From contig CM119371.1 in the NCBI GenBank assembly GCA_051294905.1, positions 21,578,001 to 21,642,000 on the forward strand: a stretch of 64,000 bases of DNA. The letters are read 5' to 3'. The notes under the pieces were generated by a model, which was not told the origin of the DNA, ran no database searches, and saw nothing but the letters and a program-made list of their open reading frames with translations. Position numbers and translations under genes: made by a program. Source of the stretch: Botryllus schlosseri (taxonomy: Eukaryota). The stretch's first letter is position 1; each line of letters starts with the position of its first letter. Positions 41,667-55,527 of the stretch are shown one piece after another.

Positions 41667-44114
41667 GTAATAATGTGTTCACTATTCAAGACTAATGGTA
41701 TAAGCTAGCTTCTTATCGAAGCTAAAGGCCTTCCCTCATACCCGTACACGCGTAAAAATATAAGAATATTTCTGTGAGACAGCTGTTAGGAATATTAGGG
41801 AAGCCACAGCAAAAATCTTTGTGATTGATTCAATTCGTGCAGTTCGGATTTCCTGTGCATTGGCTATATGACGTGATGCATTCCCAAAGTACTTGGTTTT
41901 GCTTCAAGCAAGAGAGGAGCTTTTTATCCACTGGTCCCAAAGGCGACAGGCGCTCATTAAAGCTCGCCTCACACACTATACTAATACTTGGGATTTCTAA
42001 TGACACGCCCGTCTTGGTCATCATTGATTGCAGACAGTTTGCCGCGATCAGTAGTGGAATTGTGATTGTTGTGTTACGTAGTATGTAGTGAAGGGTTGCC
42101 ATGCATGTCATTGATATCAGTTTTTCAAACTGCGTCCATGAGAACATTTTGAAATATGCCCAAATGTCCGGAATTTTTTAGGCTTGAAGTAGGGTCATAT
42201 TAATTTTCGTCAAGCAACATAAACAATAGGCAGATATAAACTAAATGACATTTTTCTCGTTTAGTATCACACATATTGTTTCAATATGGGGTTACCGTCC
42301 TCGAGAAAACTACAATCAAAAATAAATGTAAACATTTTTCATTTACTGAAATATGTCTAATGGTAATCGCAATCATAGGAAAACGGTATATTCATAGAGT
42401 CGTTAAGCTCGTTTAAATGATATATTTAAAGATAGTGGTTCTGAACCTTAGGTTTGTGAGCCTTCATTCTGGGCTTCGCGAATATGTTCAGCGTAATCAG
42501 CTTCCAAAATCAGTCGTGAGTAAGCCTAGGCAAAGGTGCTGACCTTTTTTAGTAATTATCTTATATTTGTACTGGGCCGTAGAACACTTTCAAATAGCAA
42601 ATGAAATTCACCACCATAATTGGTTGGAAACCACCGGATGTCTGGTGCTTATATAGCTAAATGGTGCGCACCAGCACGAGGCTGATAAATAACCTTATCG
42701 GTGTAACATGAACATAACTTAACGATGTACCATTTATCTACCTGTATTTTTGAAGTCCTCATTGTCCACCAGCGCTACCGCTAACTCTGATCATGTGGGT
42801 GGAGAGGGGATCAAAACTATACAGCAACATATGGAGGAGCCAATAATATTGACAGAATTAATTTAAAAGATTAACGAACCGGTGCATATATCAATTAGAA
42901 ATTCTATATTATCTTCTTTTACTCATCATTCAGTGCGTGTGCGTGCGTGACTCCTCCTTAAATCGCCTAGCTAGGCCAAGGTGGGTGTTTGATCTCAAAG
43001 ACTACTAAAAATCGTTTCGAGGCCTTCCTATCTTTTCATTGTATCGCAATATTTGTGGTGCATTGTACCGATAAAAATACTGAACGAAAAGCAAGCCCTG
43101 AGAAGTTTCATCGACTACCCTTCGGTGGGCCAACGATTGGCGTTCATTTGGGTTTGGGTGGGAAAAGTCTAAAAAAAAACTTGCTTCGATCTTGGTTATT
43201 CCAGAGCCGGATCGTGACCACCTTTGGTTCGAAACTCAAAGCTTTGCTCTTGTGACACCATCCTGACAGACAATGTGCCTATATCTCATTTTGAAATCCG
43301 CTAGTGGGTGCTAAAGAGTGTATGGAAATTCACGCACAAAAATATTGTAATTAGAGCCCGACCGATTACATTGGGCAACAATTTTGATCGAAAAATTTGT
43401 TGAATTTGCTTTTGCAATTGATTTAGGCTAGTTTTGGCATGCTGATTCCAAAAATACCACTTGTTTTCTTTTAACACGTCAAGTTTATGCTCTACAACAG
43501 TGGTTCTTAACCGCCGGTCCGCAACGACTTTCCTGCCGGTCCGCCAGGCATATTACAATTTTATATCTTTATTTCAAAATGCGATATGTTGATTGCTTGT
43601 TCATTGATAAAACAAATAAAACATCAAAACTTCGTGAGGTAACTTTACGTCTGAAAACAAGTTCGATTTGACTTGAATTTCAAGACTTGTCATTTGACGA
43701 CATACGAGCGACAAGTAGGCAACAAGCTGACTCGCTAAACAATGCAGTTTGCGCGATCATTCGTTTTCGATTCATTCATTTTGTGCAGGACCGTAACTGC
43801 GGCACCAGGCGCTGAGCCTAAAGGGGGCTCAAAATTAGTTCGCAGATGAACATAAATTATAAAGTGTTTTATTGAAACTTTCTCCAACATTTTCAAAATT
43901 TTTTTGAACTTCGCGAAATGGCTGGCACCGAATCTCGCTGTCCTGGCAATCCCTTCCCACTGAGAAAAATTATTTGCCAGTCAAGAAATAACAATTTGGA
44001 ATCGTGATCGTTTTTGAGTTTAGCACGCTTTGGCAATTTCAATATCTATTAACTATATAGTAACATTCGTTCAACTAAATCGTCGGATTGCATTTTCATC
44101 TTCCCAAGACACAC

Positions 44115-45081
44115 CAGTGTTGGGATGACTCGAGTCATGACTTGACTCGAGTCAGACTCGAGTCACCTTTTTCGTATCACTTGACTTGACTCGAGTCACT
44201 TTGCTAAAATGACTTGACTTGACTCGGCGTATCAGAAATGGGGATTGACACGTGACTCGGAGCGAAATTCACGAGTCAATTTCAAGTCATAAAGTAATCA
44301 GTGTCGATAAAAATCACTGTATCTTGCATATGGTCGGATTGTTCGCGAAGCGCTGGTCTAACCCGTGAGAGCGACCAATCATTCAATGATCGTGCGATTT
44401 ACTGAGCCTCCATTGTTCTCTCACAAATAAATTGACCCAAAACGAAGTGATCGAAGCTTACAGCTTACGTTGTTACAAACTAGTATAGTAAAGTAAATTC
44501 ATAGCAAAATGTATATTTCTATTCTCTGTTCTTACCTTCACCAAACCTCCTGTTTTATAGAAATTGAATTCGAATATAGTTTATATAGTCCTCAACCATT
44601 GGCGCAGGCTCGAATTTTATCATATCAATTTGTAAATGGCTAATGTATTGAATCTTATCAATTCGTATCTCTATTTTGGCTGGTAACTATATAAACTGAG
44701 GCAATGCAATTACTTACGTAGTTTAGCAGTTCTACGTATATGTGAGCGATACAGCGCCTTCTTGCGTGTATATTTAACTCTATATTCGTTCACTGGTCCA
44801 ACATCCAAGATACCACTCAATCTCTATTTCCGATAGCTAGCAAAATGCAATGACGTAATCATGCCTCATACCCGGAAAACGCAACGTGACTTGAATTGTG
44901 ACTTGACTCGTGACTTGACTTGACTTGACTCGACTTGACTCGAGTCACCTCCAAGAATCGAGTGACTTGAATTGACTCGAGTCACCTTTGAAAATCGATT
45001 GACTTGACTTGACTCGAGTCAAAATGTGCAATGACTCGAAATGACTCGTGACTCGAAGGTAGTGACTTGATCCCAACACTG
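44115..45081. mobile_element. hAT-type MITE with GACTCGAGTC/GACTT arrays
   Basis: cagtgttgggat / atcccaacactg; perfect TSD agacacac; a homologous fragment lies at ~39020-39305. Confidence 0.92.
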
Positions 45082-45354
45082 AGACACACACAATAATGTA
45101 CAATGCGTTAGAATGAAGAGATAAGCGGATGCCGAGATGAACAGCGGTGTTTTAACCAGGTATCCACGTCGGTCTAGTACCCGATGTCACAGTCTTCTTC
45201 GATGTCAATCTTACTTCATTGGGTCTTTTCTGAGCTTTTTTGTCACCATGAGAACGGGGTATGAGGAGACCAGAATAACCTCCGACGTCACGACTTGAAC
45301 CCTGGTTGCCTGATACGTACATAGCGCCTATACGCTCACCACTACGCTATCTCC
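45082..45354 (-). mobile_element. tRNA-derived SINE (same family as 27741)
   Basis: Minus strand gagatagcgtagtgg...ggttcaagtc...gtcggaggtt...gacaaaaaagctcagaaaagaccc...ctgtgacatcggg...gcattgtacatt. Confidence 0.7.
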
Positions 45355-48300
45355 TAAGACATAACAGATAGTTGGTCACAAAATACTGACATGCAATGAA
45401 GTAATTATTCCAACAGGCCAGCCCGAATATGTTTAATTATTTATTGCGGGTCCCAAATTTGATCTGATATCTGATAATTCTGAAAGGAGAAAAAATATAG
45501 CATGCCATTACTAATATTATTGACCGATTCAGTCATGAATTGTAGAAATTTATCGCGCTTCACGCGATTAGGCTTTATAAGTCCTCTGCCTACACTGAGT
45601 AGAATGAATGTGCTCACAAGAACTGGTGCAAATAACCAACCAACTGTCGGGCCTGGGCGGAAGTTTGACTTATAACGTTTGTCGGTGGTGGGATGACAAA
45701 GCGCATTTTGGCCCTGGTTTTGCTCATGGCCTGTATAGTTGATGTCGAGTTTTCATGCGGATCATTGTATTCGTATATAGTAAACATAGTAGCCTACGGC
45801 TGATGGTGGCGGGCAATGAGCAACCTAGGACAACAGGGTGCTTGGTTCGACCCCGAAACGCTTTGTCCCTCGATATTGGCAAAAAGAAGATTCGAGTTGG
45901 CGTGGTCGGTTAAACCCAAGGTCTTCGGCGAGAAAGACTGTAAACGACTCTCGGCGGCAGCACGTTTATATGGACAAGGCAATTTTACTTCGCCTCCCCT
46001 GACTCACTACCGTAAAATCACATGGATGCGATCATGAACATGAATAATTACGATAAAAACCCTTTAAATGTCACTCCCTAGCACCATACTTGCAAAAACA
46101 CGGCTGCATGCTTTGTATTTTGGGTCGATATCGATTTTTGAAAGTCCGCCGGTCCGCCAAATATTTTTTGAAATTTTACTGGTCCGCGAGGTGAAAAGGG
46201 TTGAGAACCACTGCTCTACAACTAATGCCCAAAATATGCAAATTTTCACGAATTTAGCCATATTACTTTTCCGTGCCATGTAGAAATCCACACTTTAATC
46301 ATAAGGTATCTAGCCAAGGTACCAGTTGAATTGTTTAAAAAAGCTACTGGTATCGCTCTAGGCCAGTGGTTCTCAGCCTATATTCGGTAGTGGTGGCCCA
46401 TTATTGGTTTTGCAAATCCTCTGCGGCCCACCTCTTATCCTGGAGTCATAGTCACGTTAAATTTCCGCTGCAGATATGACCATTTCTCTAAAATATGCAC
46501 ATTTTTCTCTTGAAGCCTACTTATCATATTTAAACACAGGTCCGTATGCACATGAAATCGTGGGAAGCACGAATAAAATTTTCAAGTTCAATTATTATTC
46601 TCCTCCAACAACAAGCGACATAACTATCGGCTCTTTCTATCTCCTTCTGGTTGGAGTTTGAGAGGAGGTGCGGCAGTTACGGCCCTTGAAGATTGTATGA
46701 CTCATATGTAAGTCCGCTGTTCCAATCACGTGGTGAAAATCAATGATCCAATCCCTGCATCCAGTGTGTGATTGTCGCTTTAGTTCCACTATGGTGAGGA
46801 ATAATATACCCATTCGGGACTCATTCAAACAATTCTTGAATGGGATACTATAGAGAAGTGGAGAGGTTTTTTTACTATGTACATTGCACAGCTAGCATAC
46901 TATGTCTCGTAAGCCTATCTATTGCAGTTGCTATTAGAGATTGGATATAAAATATGGCTCTTTGACAAATTTTTCATCTTTTACCTAATTTATCAATATT
47001 GCAGCAACTTGTTAGTAAATTTGCATGGCGGCCAGAAAAATTATTCTCATGGCAGTATAAACATGTCTTTGTGAGGTCAATACAGTTGGTCAGGGGCTCG
47101 TACCCCTCTTTTCAGAAATCCCAAATTCGAGTTGCTCTGGCCACGGCGACTAACACCACTCGCGAATGCGATCTACCCATCACCGCGCGCCACGAAATCT
47201 TGGATTGCATGATGATGATACCTTGACTGATCAAGAATAGAAGATATGGCGACGGTGTAGCCCAAATCAGTCGTTAAATACGCAGGTTCCTCCCGATCTA
47301 CTCCGAAAAATAAACTGGCTTGAAAGTGACATTCACAATTACAAATTCAAATAAACACAACGCCCTAGCTTTCCATGTTCTTGATTGGTCAGTAGGCCCC
47401 TATTGCTTTTTAGCCCCACCGTGAAAATATAGGTGTTTATTACAAAGCTTTTTTACGCCGAATACTGCAGGAGTCGATCAATATACTTCGATTTTCGGAA
47501 TCAGCGCGACGATTATATTTGATGATTCTCAGTGAATATAAATTCGATTTAAGATGAATTGCACTATCACAGGTTAGGCTTGGCTCGTCTGTGCCTCATC
47601 TGTGCCTTACCTCTCGTTTCTCTCTTCATTTTCAAACAATAAATATGAAAATTCCTTGACTTTGGAAATAAAAATGTTCAATATTTGATCTTTCATTAAC
47701 ATCGATAGACAATACCAATAATCATAGAAGCTTTCACATTTTTCCTTGATTCATCCCTGACGACATGTGAGGCACTGCCTCACTTGCTTCCCTAACCCCA
47801 CGTAGGGCCACATAATACCACCATGCATAATGACGTTTTAAACGTCACCAAAATGTATCATCAATTTGGACCGGGACTTGCAAGGGAATATAAGCTTACG
47901 CCTCAACGGTCTAGGCCAGACCAGACAATGTATTCGGAGTCTGAGTACTGCGACGTTGATATTGAGCAATGAGTAAAACGGGTTTATACTTGCTACAAAT
48001 ATTATGCGACTAACAAGCTGTACAGTGTACAGCAGTAGCGAACACCCCAATCGCTGTTTTTTTTTATGATGCAATGAACATATTAAGTCAAGATTGACTC
48101 CGTACAACTGCTAGATTTTTTTCATTCGACAACGATATCCATGCCATTGATTGGTTGAATGAGCATCATTCGCTGACTAGATGTAGTATATTTCGCTGTT
48201 GTGACTTCGCGGGTCAAGCTTGAAATTGGATATTTCAAGCAAACTTTTTTAACAGAGCAAGTATAATTTTTGAGATTGTCAAGGTGCATGCTCGTTTAGT

Positions 48301-49646
48301 GTTGATTTTTGCTATTACGTCAGCGCCATGCATAAAGTGGCCCACTGTTGAAATGCAATAAATTTCACCCAACGATGTTATATTGAAGTGAAAATTGTAA
48401 TATATGAAAACGGTTCACAGTGCAAAACCTACCAACGTTCATTTCTGAACGTGAGCCTCTAAATTTGTGAGGTTCACACACAGAACGCGAATGTGAACCT
48501 CACGTTCGTACCAGCCCTAGTTGCTATGTCAGAACATTGAATCCAAAGATACAATCAATTCATGTAACCGGTACTCTTACATTACGTGCAATGACTTCAT
48601 GGCCGGACATTTCAGACCAGTGATGAGCGGATGTTGATTTTTGAGAATCCGAATCCATCCGCCAGTTTTTGTGTCTGTGGAACTATCCGTCCGACTCTGA
48701 AGAATCTCATCCAACTATCCGACTTTATCCGAAAATCTCGTACACGAATTCCAAAAATCCTTGTCGAATAATAATATCGCAAAATATCAATTGTACAGCT
48801 GAGCTTGGATACAGTTCTGCACTAAAAGAGCACAAATTGTATCCATGGAATGAACAAAAACAAACAGAAGAAGAATTGGAATTTTAATTATAGGAACGTT
48901 AACGCGAAGAAACAACGGTACTAATTTAAAGTAAGTGTGCGAATGAGTGGTATTTCGGATCAAAAGAAAATAAATTAAAAATGAAGGATTATTAGGCCAT
49001 GTTCATATATAACAATCAGTCATTTAACCATAGTACCCAATATATATCAAGAAGTGATAGTAGCAAGTTGTAACCATGGAATTTTTTACAATCTCAGATG
49101 ATTAATATTGGATGCAGTTAATCCACATTTTGCCCACAAATGCTCGAAGGTAATACCTTTTGTCAATCAGTTCAAAGTTTTGAACACGACGCATATAGTC
49201 GAGCCACACAAAATGTCAATAATAGCACCATCCTGAATGTCCCTCAATAGCTGTCCAAAATTTCCTCTCCAGCAGCAGGTCAGTAGTTGTCTTGCCGACT
49301 TGTTTATTGGAAGAGAAGAAAATCATATCCAGCTGTGTAGTATCATTGGCCTTTCGGATATGGTTTGTAAGGTGCATGTATCTCTGGAAAAGTTGTGGTT
49401 TTTCACTTGAACATAGCAGATATTGCATTCAGCAGCAGAGCCAGTGTCCCATAAATCAGGATGTGATCTCTCCACATTTCACTCTCGCTGTGCTATCTCT
49501 CAAGGAGTCGACTTTCCTCATTGATCCATTATTACTGAGAGACGAAATTCAGACAGTAGGGGGAGTTTGACAACATTCGAGGTCTTCAAATAAGTGTACA
49601 GAGTACACTTCGAACAGTTGATGGAGCTCCACTCAAGAGTCATGAC

Positions 49647-51417
49647 CAGACATGGGGTAATCGCGATTAGTAATCGTAATCGATTACGACGATTACAGCA
49701 TTTTCGAGTAATCGTAATCGCAATCGATTACATTCGAGAAAATTACGAAGTAATCGTAATCGTAATCGACTACTTCCCATATTTAATCGATTTCTTTGTG
49801 AAAGAACGATTACTCTTTATTTGTACAAGACTATGACATAAACTGAACATTGGTGAACAAGGAAGAGGGATTATGCCAGTTAGTGATAGCACAAACGTCA
49901 GATTTCCAAATGCCACTGCTCATTATTACGTAAGAAGTGGCCAATTAGCTTGCTCGTCATTGCGTAGGAAGTATCCAGTTATCCTAATAGTGAATAGAGA
50001 TATTCTATGTACATTGTACATTGTACATTAGTGTGAGTGTAAGAAAACTCACCGTGCTGTATATAAGGATCAGCAGCAGGATCACCACTTCGCCTAGTTT
50101 AATATAGTAATATTTGTATTGATGTTTTGTTATGCTTAGTTAAACGCAGTTTGACCGTTGCTGCTTGGCGAGCAGTAGGCCTATGTAGTACAAACGTACA
50201 CCGGACAATGGTTTGCAATTTTGTGGCCTAATCGTAATATAAAACATTACGGTTTGCACGACGAAGCATTAAAAATCAACAGCTGCTGATATATATCCTA
50301 ACCGAGCCGTTTCTCTTATAATGACCCCTTGCATTACATTATCTGTATCAAGTTGAAGGCAGAATTTTATGTACACTTTCTCTTATTCTCATATGGTTCT
50401 GCTTGAAACGGGCGCCAATCGTTATTTCACAATTCTTTACCCAACATTTGGACCTTCCGTCATAGCCATCGGCTTATATAGCCTACAATGTTATCGTGGC
50501 TTGAAGCTAGAATCTGGACAAAAACATCAAATCGTCCCCCACTCTAAACGTTGGTCTTGGGCCCCCATAGGGTAGTTTATTTTCAAGTTGAAGATTTAAT
50601 TCCGTCAATAATATTGGTAATTTCATTATATTACGATTCATTTTTAATTCTCTCTCATCCCCCGATGGTCAGATTTACCTGAAGAGCTGGGAGCACGTAA
50701 TTCATATTTATAACATCTGGTATGTTGTAATAATTACTATTTAGGGTATGTTGTTAATTCGTGACCTCCGGTCTTTTATACAATCGAAAGATATTGTTGT
50801 GGCCAAAACGTAGCAGACTAAAAGAAATACTTGCGTGAGACGCACCTAAACGCCTGTTACTATAAATTATGCGTGCTTTTTTTTCTTAAGTAGGAGACGT
50901 AGCCTATGTATTTCAAAATCAAGCTATCTAGAGACATTTAAATCGCAAAGCTCAAAGATCATTTCCAAGTTAATGAAATCTCTCGAAAATACTCTATAAT
51001 TTATGTTGGTTTACGAAATACTATTGAGTAGCCTACCCTCCAACCACGCTCCCCGCCCTATTGGGAAATTTGGGGTGAGGCAGTTATGGACCTGGCAAGA
51101 ATGCAAAACGTTGTGTGCGATAAACCGTCCTCTATAAAATGGGCAATGGGTACTTCATGACGTAACAAGCAAATGTCGCATCTTTTTAAAGAAAGTTGTT
51201 ATCTCATTAGGCCTTTTCAGCGCAATCCATATATTGTCATCCAATATAACTTCTAAGAAGCAAAATAAATGTAATCGTGAGTAATCGTGATTACTTTTCG
51301 AATGTAATCGTAATCGACTACTTCCTGATTTTGCTGTAATCGTAATCGTAATCGCGTCATTCAGAAGTAATCGTAATCGCAATCGATTACATTCACGAAG
51401 TAATCACCCCATGTCTG
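49647..51417. mobile_element. hAT-type element with GTAATC arrays
   Basis: cagacatggggt / accccatgtctg; perfect TSD gtcatgac. Confidence 0.92.
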
Positions 51418-53607
51418 GTCATGACCCATCCTCAACGCACGAATCAGCACTCCTCGGCGTTGACTTTCAAACTGTGTACATGGTCGCTCGTTTAAATCAT
51501 ATAAAAAAGCACCGTACTAACGTCAACTTTTTTCACAATTCTTGAACAGAAATTAAATTTACATGAACTGACCATTGCTTGACAAAAAACAAATAACAGC
51601 TTTTGTTTATATGGCTCAGTGGTTCTAGATGATTGATTCAGTCAATCATATTGGAGAAAATATAGATGATAAAGGAAGGAAAGTGTAAGCAGGAGTTGAA
51701 TAGGTTTGGGTTTCGTTCGATGTAACAGTAGCCTTGTTATATGTTATCAGTTTACCTTAGTAAGGTATGCATACATCTTTAATGATTTGAAAAAGAACGG
51801 TAGACTACTGTATGGTCGAGGCATCATTATAATAATTATCATACAGTTTATCTGTGCACATATCTCTTTATATAACTTTCTATATAATTTTCTGACTGCA
51901 GAAAGTTACTGGTTTATGTTTGTATGCATATTCTTATTTGATTGACCGGGTTGCAAGTGCGTGTGTACGGTAGCTGTCAACTCGACGGGCCAAGCTGACG
52001 CAAAGGCCAAGTCCACACTGGGAATACCTTCACAAAATGGAGTTATTATCCATTGTTGAACGTCATCGGGATATATTCCGTTATGATCATGAACAGCCGG
52101 ATGCCGGAAGATTCATGGTAGCGAAAGATTGTGCCATAGCACAAGCACCGCTGTATAGTGCTGATTGAAAGGGTATCATACAACTACTTTGGTAGCATGA
52201 AAATCAGTCACGCAACAAAGTACCCAAAGAGGGATTTGTCTTATATTTATCTACAGAAGACTGCCACAACAACTACGTCGTGGATTCTGGAGATTGTATG
52301 CCCTATGCCCGGACATTCGTCAGCTATGGGTTCAAATACTGCATGTCAAGGTGGAAAGCAAATGCAGTTCTACAACTGATGTTGAAACAATGCCGTCAAT
52401 GTTATGAACTTCAGAAACTGCTCTGCGAGAATACTGTACTTACGATAACTATGTCAGGAGAGATCATGTCTAATCATACCATATTTTATCAGTTCACATA
52501 TTATATATAGTTAGGCTGTCAAGTATGGTGTGTTTTATCCAGTGGTGGTCAGTAACGAAGTACTTCTACTTTTTCGAAGTACTCAAGTAGTTTTCCTCTA
52601 CTTCCGGTACTTACTCAAGTGGATCTGATTTTAGCTACTTCTACTTCTACTTCGTAATATTTTGTGATCTACTTACTTACTTTTCGCTATTTTCAGTTTG
52701 TCAAGTAGAAGTAGTTTAATCCTCCAATCAGGAAGATATAGCCTGAAGAATTTCGGGGCTGTTTTCAAGGAGTAGGCTATCGAATTTAATTTTCATAGGA
52801 GTTGAGTAAAGCCCAACATTTTCGTCGCGCTTCGCACTCAGTGGATACCGAGCAACCAGCATGAATTCACAAAAGTATCGGTGAATGTAATTTAGGTAGC
52901 GGGTTGGCGTGGTTCCGTTCACACCGCATTGTCGCCCTTCACCCATATGAAATATTTCATCACAGTATATATGGGTCATCATGACGCTTGAAACTGATGT
53001 TACGCAATTCACAATTTACTTATCATATCTAACAGTCCATGGCGTGTCCTAATCTGGAAAATTGGACTCTTACTTTTTTTTTAGTTTTAGAGCTGTTTTA
53101 GCATACCATCTTTGAAACTTTCTGGACTTAAGAAATGAAATACATTTTCCGCTTCTAGGAGTAGTATTTATATTTCACTTTCCATTCCCAGTGTCATATA
53201 CTTGAGTTCTAATTAATATCAGTTCTTTTGTCTGGGTAGCATACATGTTGAAGTATTAAAGCAAGCGTGGTAATGCCTTTAATTTCCGGAAATAAAGCTA
53301 CACAATATGGCACTTTTACGATCCACCATAATTTTATTCACGTTTACTAATCGAGCAAAGTGTTTATACCGTGTCCTATACAACTTCTCCGTATTGCTCT
53401 TCGACTAAACTACGGGCCCCATAATATGGGGGAGTGCGCTATACCATGATATCTTCTAATGCATGCTGTTCGATTAAATAGAGGATTAGTAGCGCATTTC
53501 CATATCAAAACTATCATTTTCATCCCATGATGCGGACGAATGCTTATGCTATCGAAAATTGAATACCTCCTGGTATGCATCAATATGAATCAAGCTCGGC
53601 ACCATTC

Positions 53608-53764
53608 TGTGGCAGCCCTCGTGCGTCCCCTATCTGGGTTGGCGCCCTTGGGATGCTCTAGTGATTGCATGCTAGGCGTGTCTTCTTGTGTTTGGTCTCG
53701 TCGCTGCTGGATTGTTGAGTACGATTGAGTGAATAAACCTCCTATCTGAGCAAAGGTCTCTACA
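53608..53764 (+). mobile_element. Candidate solo LTR (157 bp)
   Basis: Discrete insert relative to sister MITE copies; TGT...ACA ends, AATAAA at 53732, flanks attc/tttc. Confidence 0.6.
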
Positions 53765-53830
53765 TTTCGCATAGCTCAATTTGCACCTTTTTGGCAATCC
53801 TGCGAACGAATGACGATCGTTTTCACAACT

Positions 53831-54041
53831 AACCAATGGGTGCGGGATGGAGTACGACCTAGGTCGAGTTCCGATGGCTAAATGTTGGAGGTTTACCTAG
53901 TCTCCTCCTCGCCACCTCATCGGTGTCTTACAAAAGCCTAGAGGAGGGCCGTGCTATAAGTCGGAAAATAAGAAGAATATCGGCCTGGTGTAAATGACCA
54001 TAGTAGTCGACAAACACCATGACTACCTCAAAACAAACAAA
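53831..54041 (+). mobile_element. 5'-truncated SINE (29682 family)
   Basis: Shares accaatgggtgcggg, tatcggcctggtgtaaatgac and caaacaccatg with 29682-29880; (caaa)n tail. Confidence 0.7.
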
Positions 54042-54224
54042 CTACTTACTTACTTGAGTAGATTTAAAGTCAGTCAATTTTACTTCTACTTCTAGTAGTT
54101 TTAAATTGCTCATGAAAGAAGTACTTCTACTCGTACTTGAGTAGATTTTTTCGTCGCTACATCTACTTCTACTTGAGTAGCTTCCTTGACTACTTTGACC
54201 ACCTCTGGTTTTATCAAATAAATG

Positions 54225-55527
54225 GGCGCTTCTTCGATATGCGCCCGAGATCGAAACAGTGTTTCACGTAACACCAGCAAGTGCTTCCCATGAGCACGAT
54301 ACAATTTAATAAACGTCAAAATAAATTGTTTTTGCCTTTGGAGAGACAGATATTAGGGTTAGAGGTGGGTTAGGGTATCCCAAGATTGGGGTTGGGGAAG
54401 GAGATATCAGGGTTTGGGAGGGGGTCTTAGAGTTGGATGCGGGCTAGGGTCAAAGTTGAGGTTAGGGTTTCCCAATATTATGGTTGGGGGAGAGGGTTAG
54501 GGATACCCTAACCTAAACTTTGACCCTAACCCACATCCAATCTTAATGCCCCCTCCCCCAACCCTAATCTTGGAATACCCTAACCCTAGGGTTACCATAT
54601 TTTTGTTTCATAAATTCGGGACGCTCCTGAGCGCTCACTAGCGGATTTCAAAATTAGATATGAGCACATTTTGGAATGACCTCACACTAGCAAAGCTTTG
54701 TCAATCGCAGGGATGGGCAAACTACGGGCCGCATGCGGCCCGCAAGAGTCTGGAGAAACTTTTCAAAAATATTGATAGAATGTGAACTAAAAATCGAATT
54801 AATGAAGGGACTTGATAAAATTTTGATTAGTATATTCCACAATGGTTCTCAAACTGGTGGGCGCCCCCATTGGGGCGTGAAAGCATCTGAAAGGGGGCGC
54901 GAAGCTGAACTCGAAAGAAAATTTTTTTCGCTCTTCACGTGATATACATCCAATTCATACTTAACTACATAACATACTCACTTATCGATTACAGATATGG
55001 CTCTTCTATTTATTGTATAATTTATTATTTAATTTAATTTATAATTTATTATAACAATTTTGAGTGAGTTTAAATAAATGCAATTATATGGAGGGTGAAT
55101 TTCTACGAAAATGGTTGATTTCAAATCGTATTTTAACATACTTCTAATTCGAAATCAGACAAGAGAACTAGTTTCATACTTAAGGATTCTGCAACAAACA
55201 AAAAATTGGAAAATTTTGTTAGTTCAGCAGTACCTTACGGCCTTAAAAAGCGGGACGTTTGGCTGACTGGTCGGGACACCGGGACAAGACGTTAAAAAGC
55301 GGGACAATCATGCCTAAAATGGGACGTACGGTAAGCCTACCTAACCCCGACTTTGACCCTAACCCACATCCAACACCAATATCTCCATTCCTGCAACTCT
55401 AATATCCGTCTATTCAAATGCAAAAACAATATTTTGACGTTTATAAAATTTAATCGTGTTCATGGTGAACATTTACAGGCTTCATGGGGAACACTGTTTT
55501 GATCTCGGCGTATATCGCTGAAGCGCC
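54225..55527. mobile_element. GG-ended long-TIR MITE (Merlin/Mutator-like) with TTAGGG-rich arms
   Basis: ggcgcttc..gatat..ccgagatc..aacagtgttt mirrored at ~55490-55527; TSD aataaatg/aataaata. Confidence 0.65.
54587..55339. mobile_element. hAT-type MITE (tagggttaccat family) nested in the 54225 element
   Basis: tagggttacc / ggtaagccta; perfect TSD cctaaccc; CGGGAC repeats. Confidence 0.88.

Larger units (their letters stand above)
43498..46213. mobile_element. hAT (Charlie-like) element with GGTCCGC repeats
   Basis: cagtggttcttaacc / ggttgagaaccactg; perfect TSD ctctacaa. Confidence 0.88.
52540..54207. mobile_element. CAGAGGTG-family MITE with two nested retroelement inserts
   Basis: cagtggtggtca / tgaccacctctg; perfect TSD gttttatc; aligns to 11355-12537 apart from the inserts at 53608-53764 and 53831-54041. 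Confidence 0.9.

Noticed and set aside
51946..52480. Coding-like stretch with a faint piggyBac-like C-terminal pattern
   Set aside because: Multiple stops, no clear catalytic motif, no TTAA-flanked ends found.
54350..54590. TTAGGG/CCCTAA runs suggesting an interstitial telomere
   Set aside because: Degenerate and arranged as the inverted arms of the 54225-55527 MITE.
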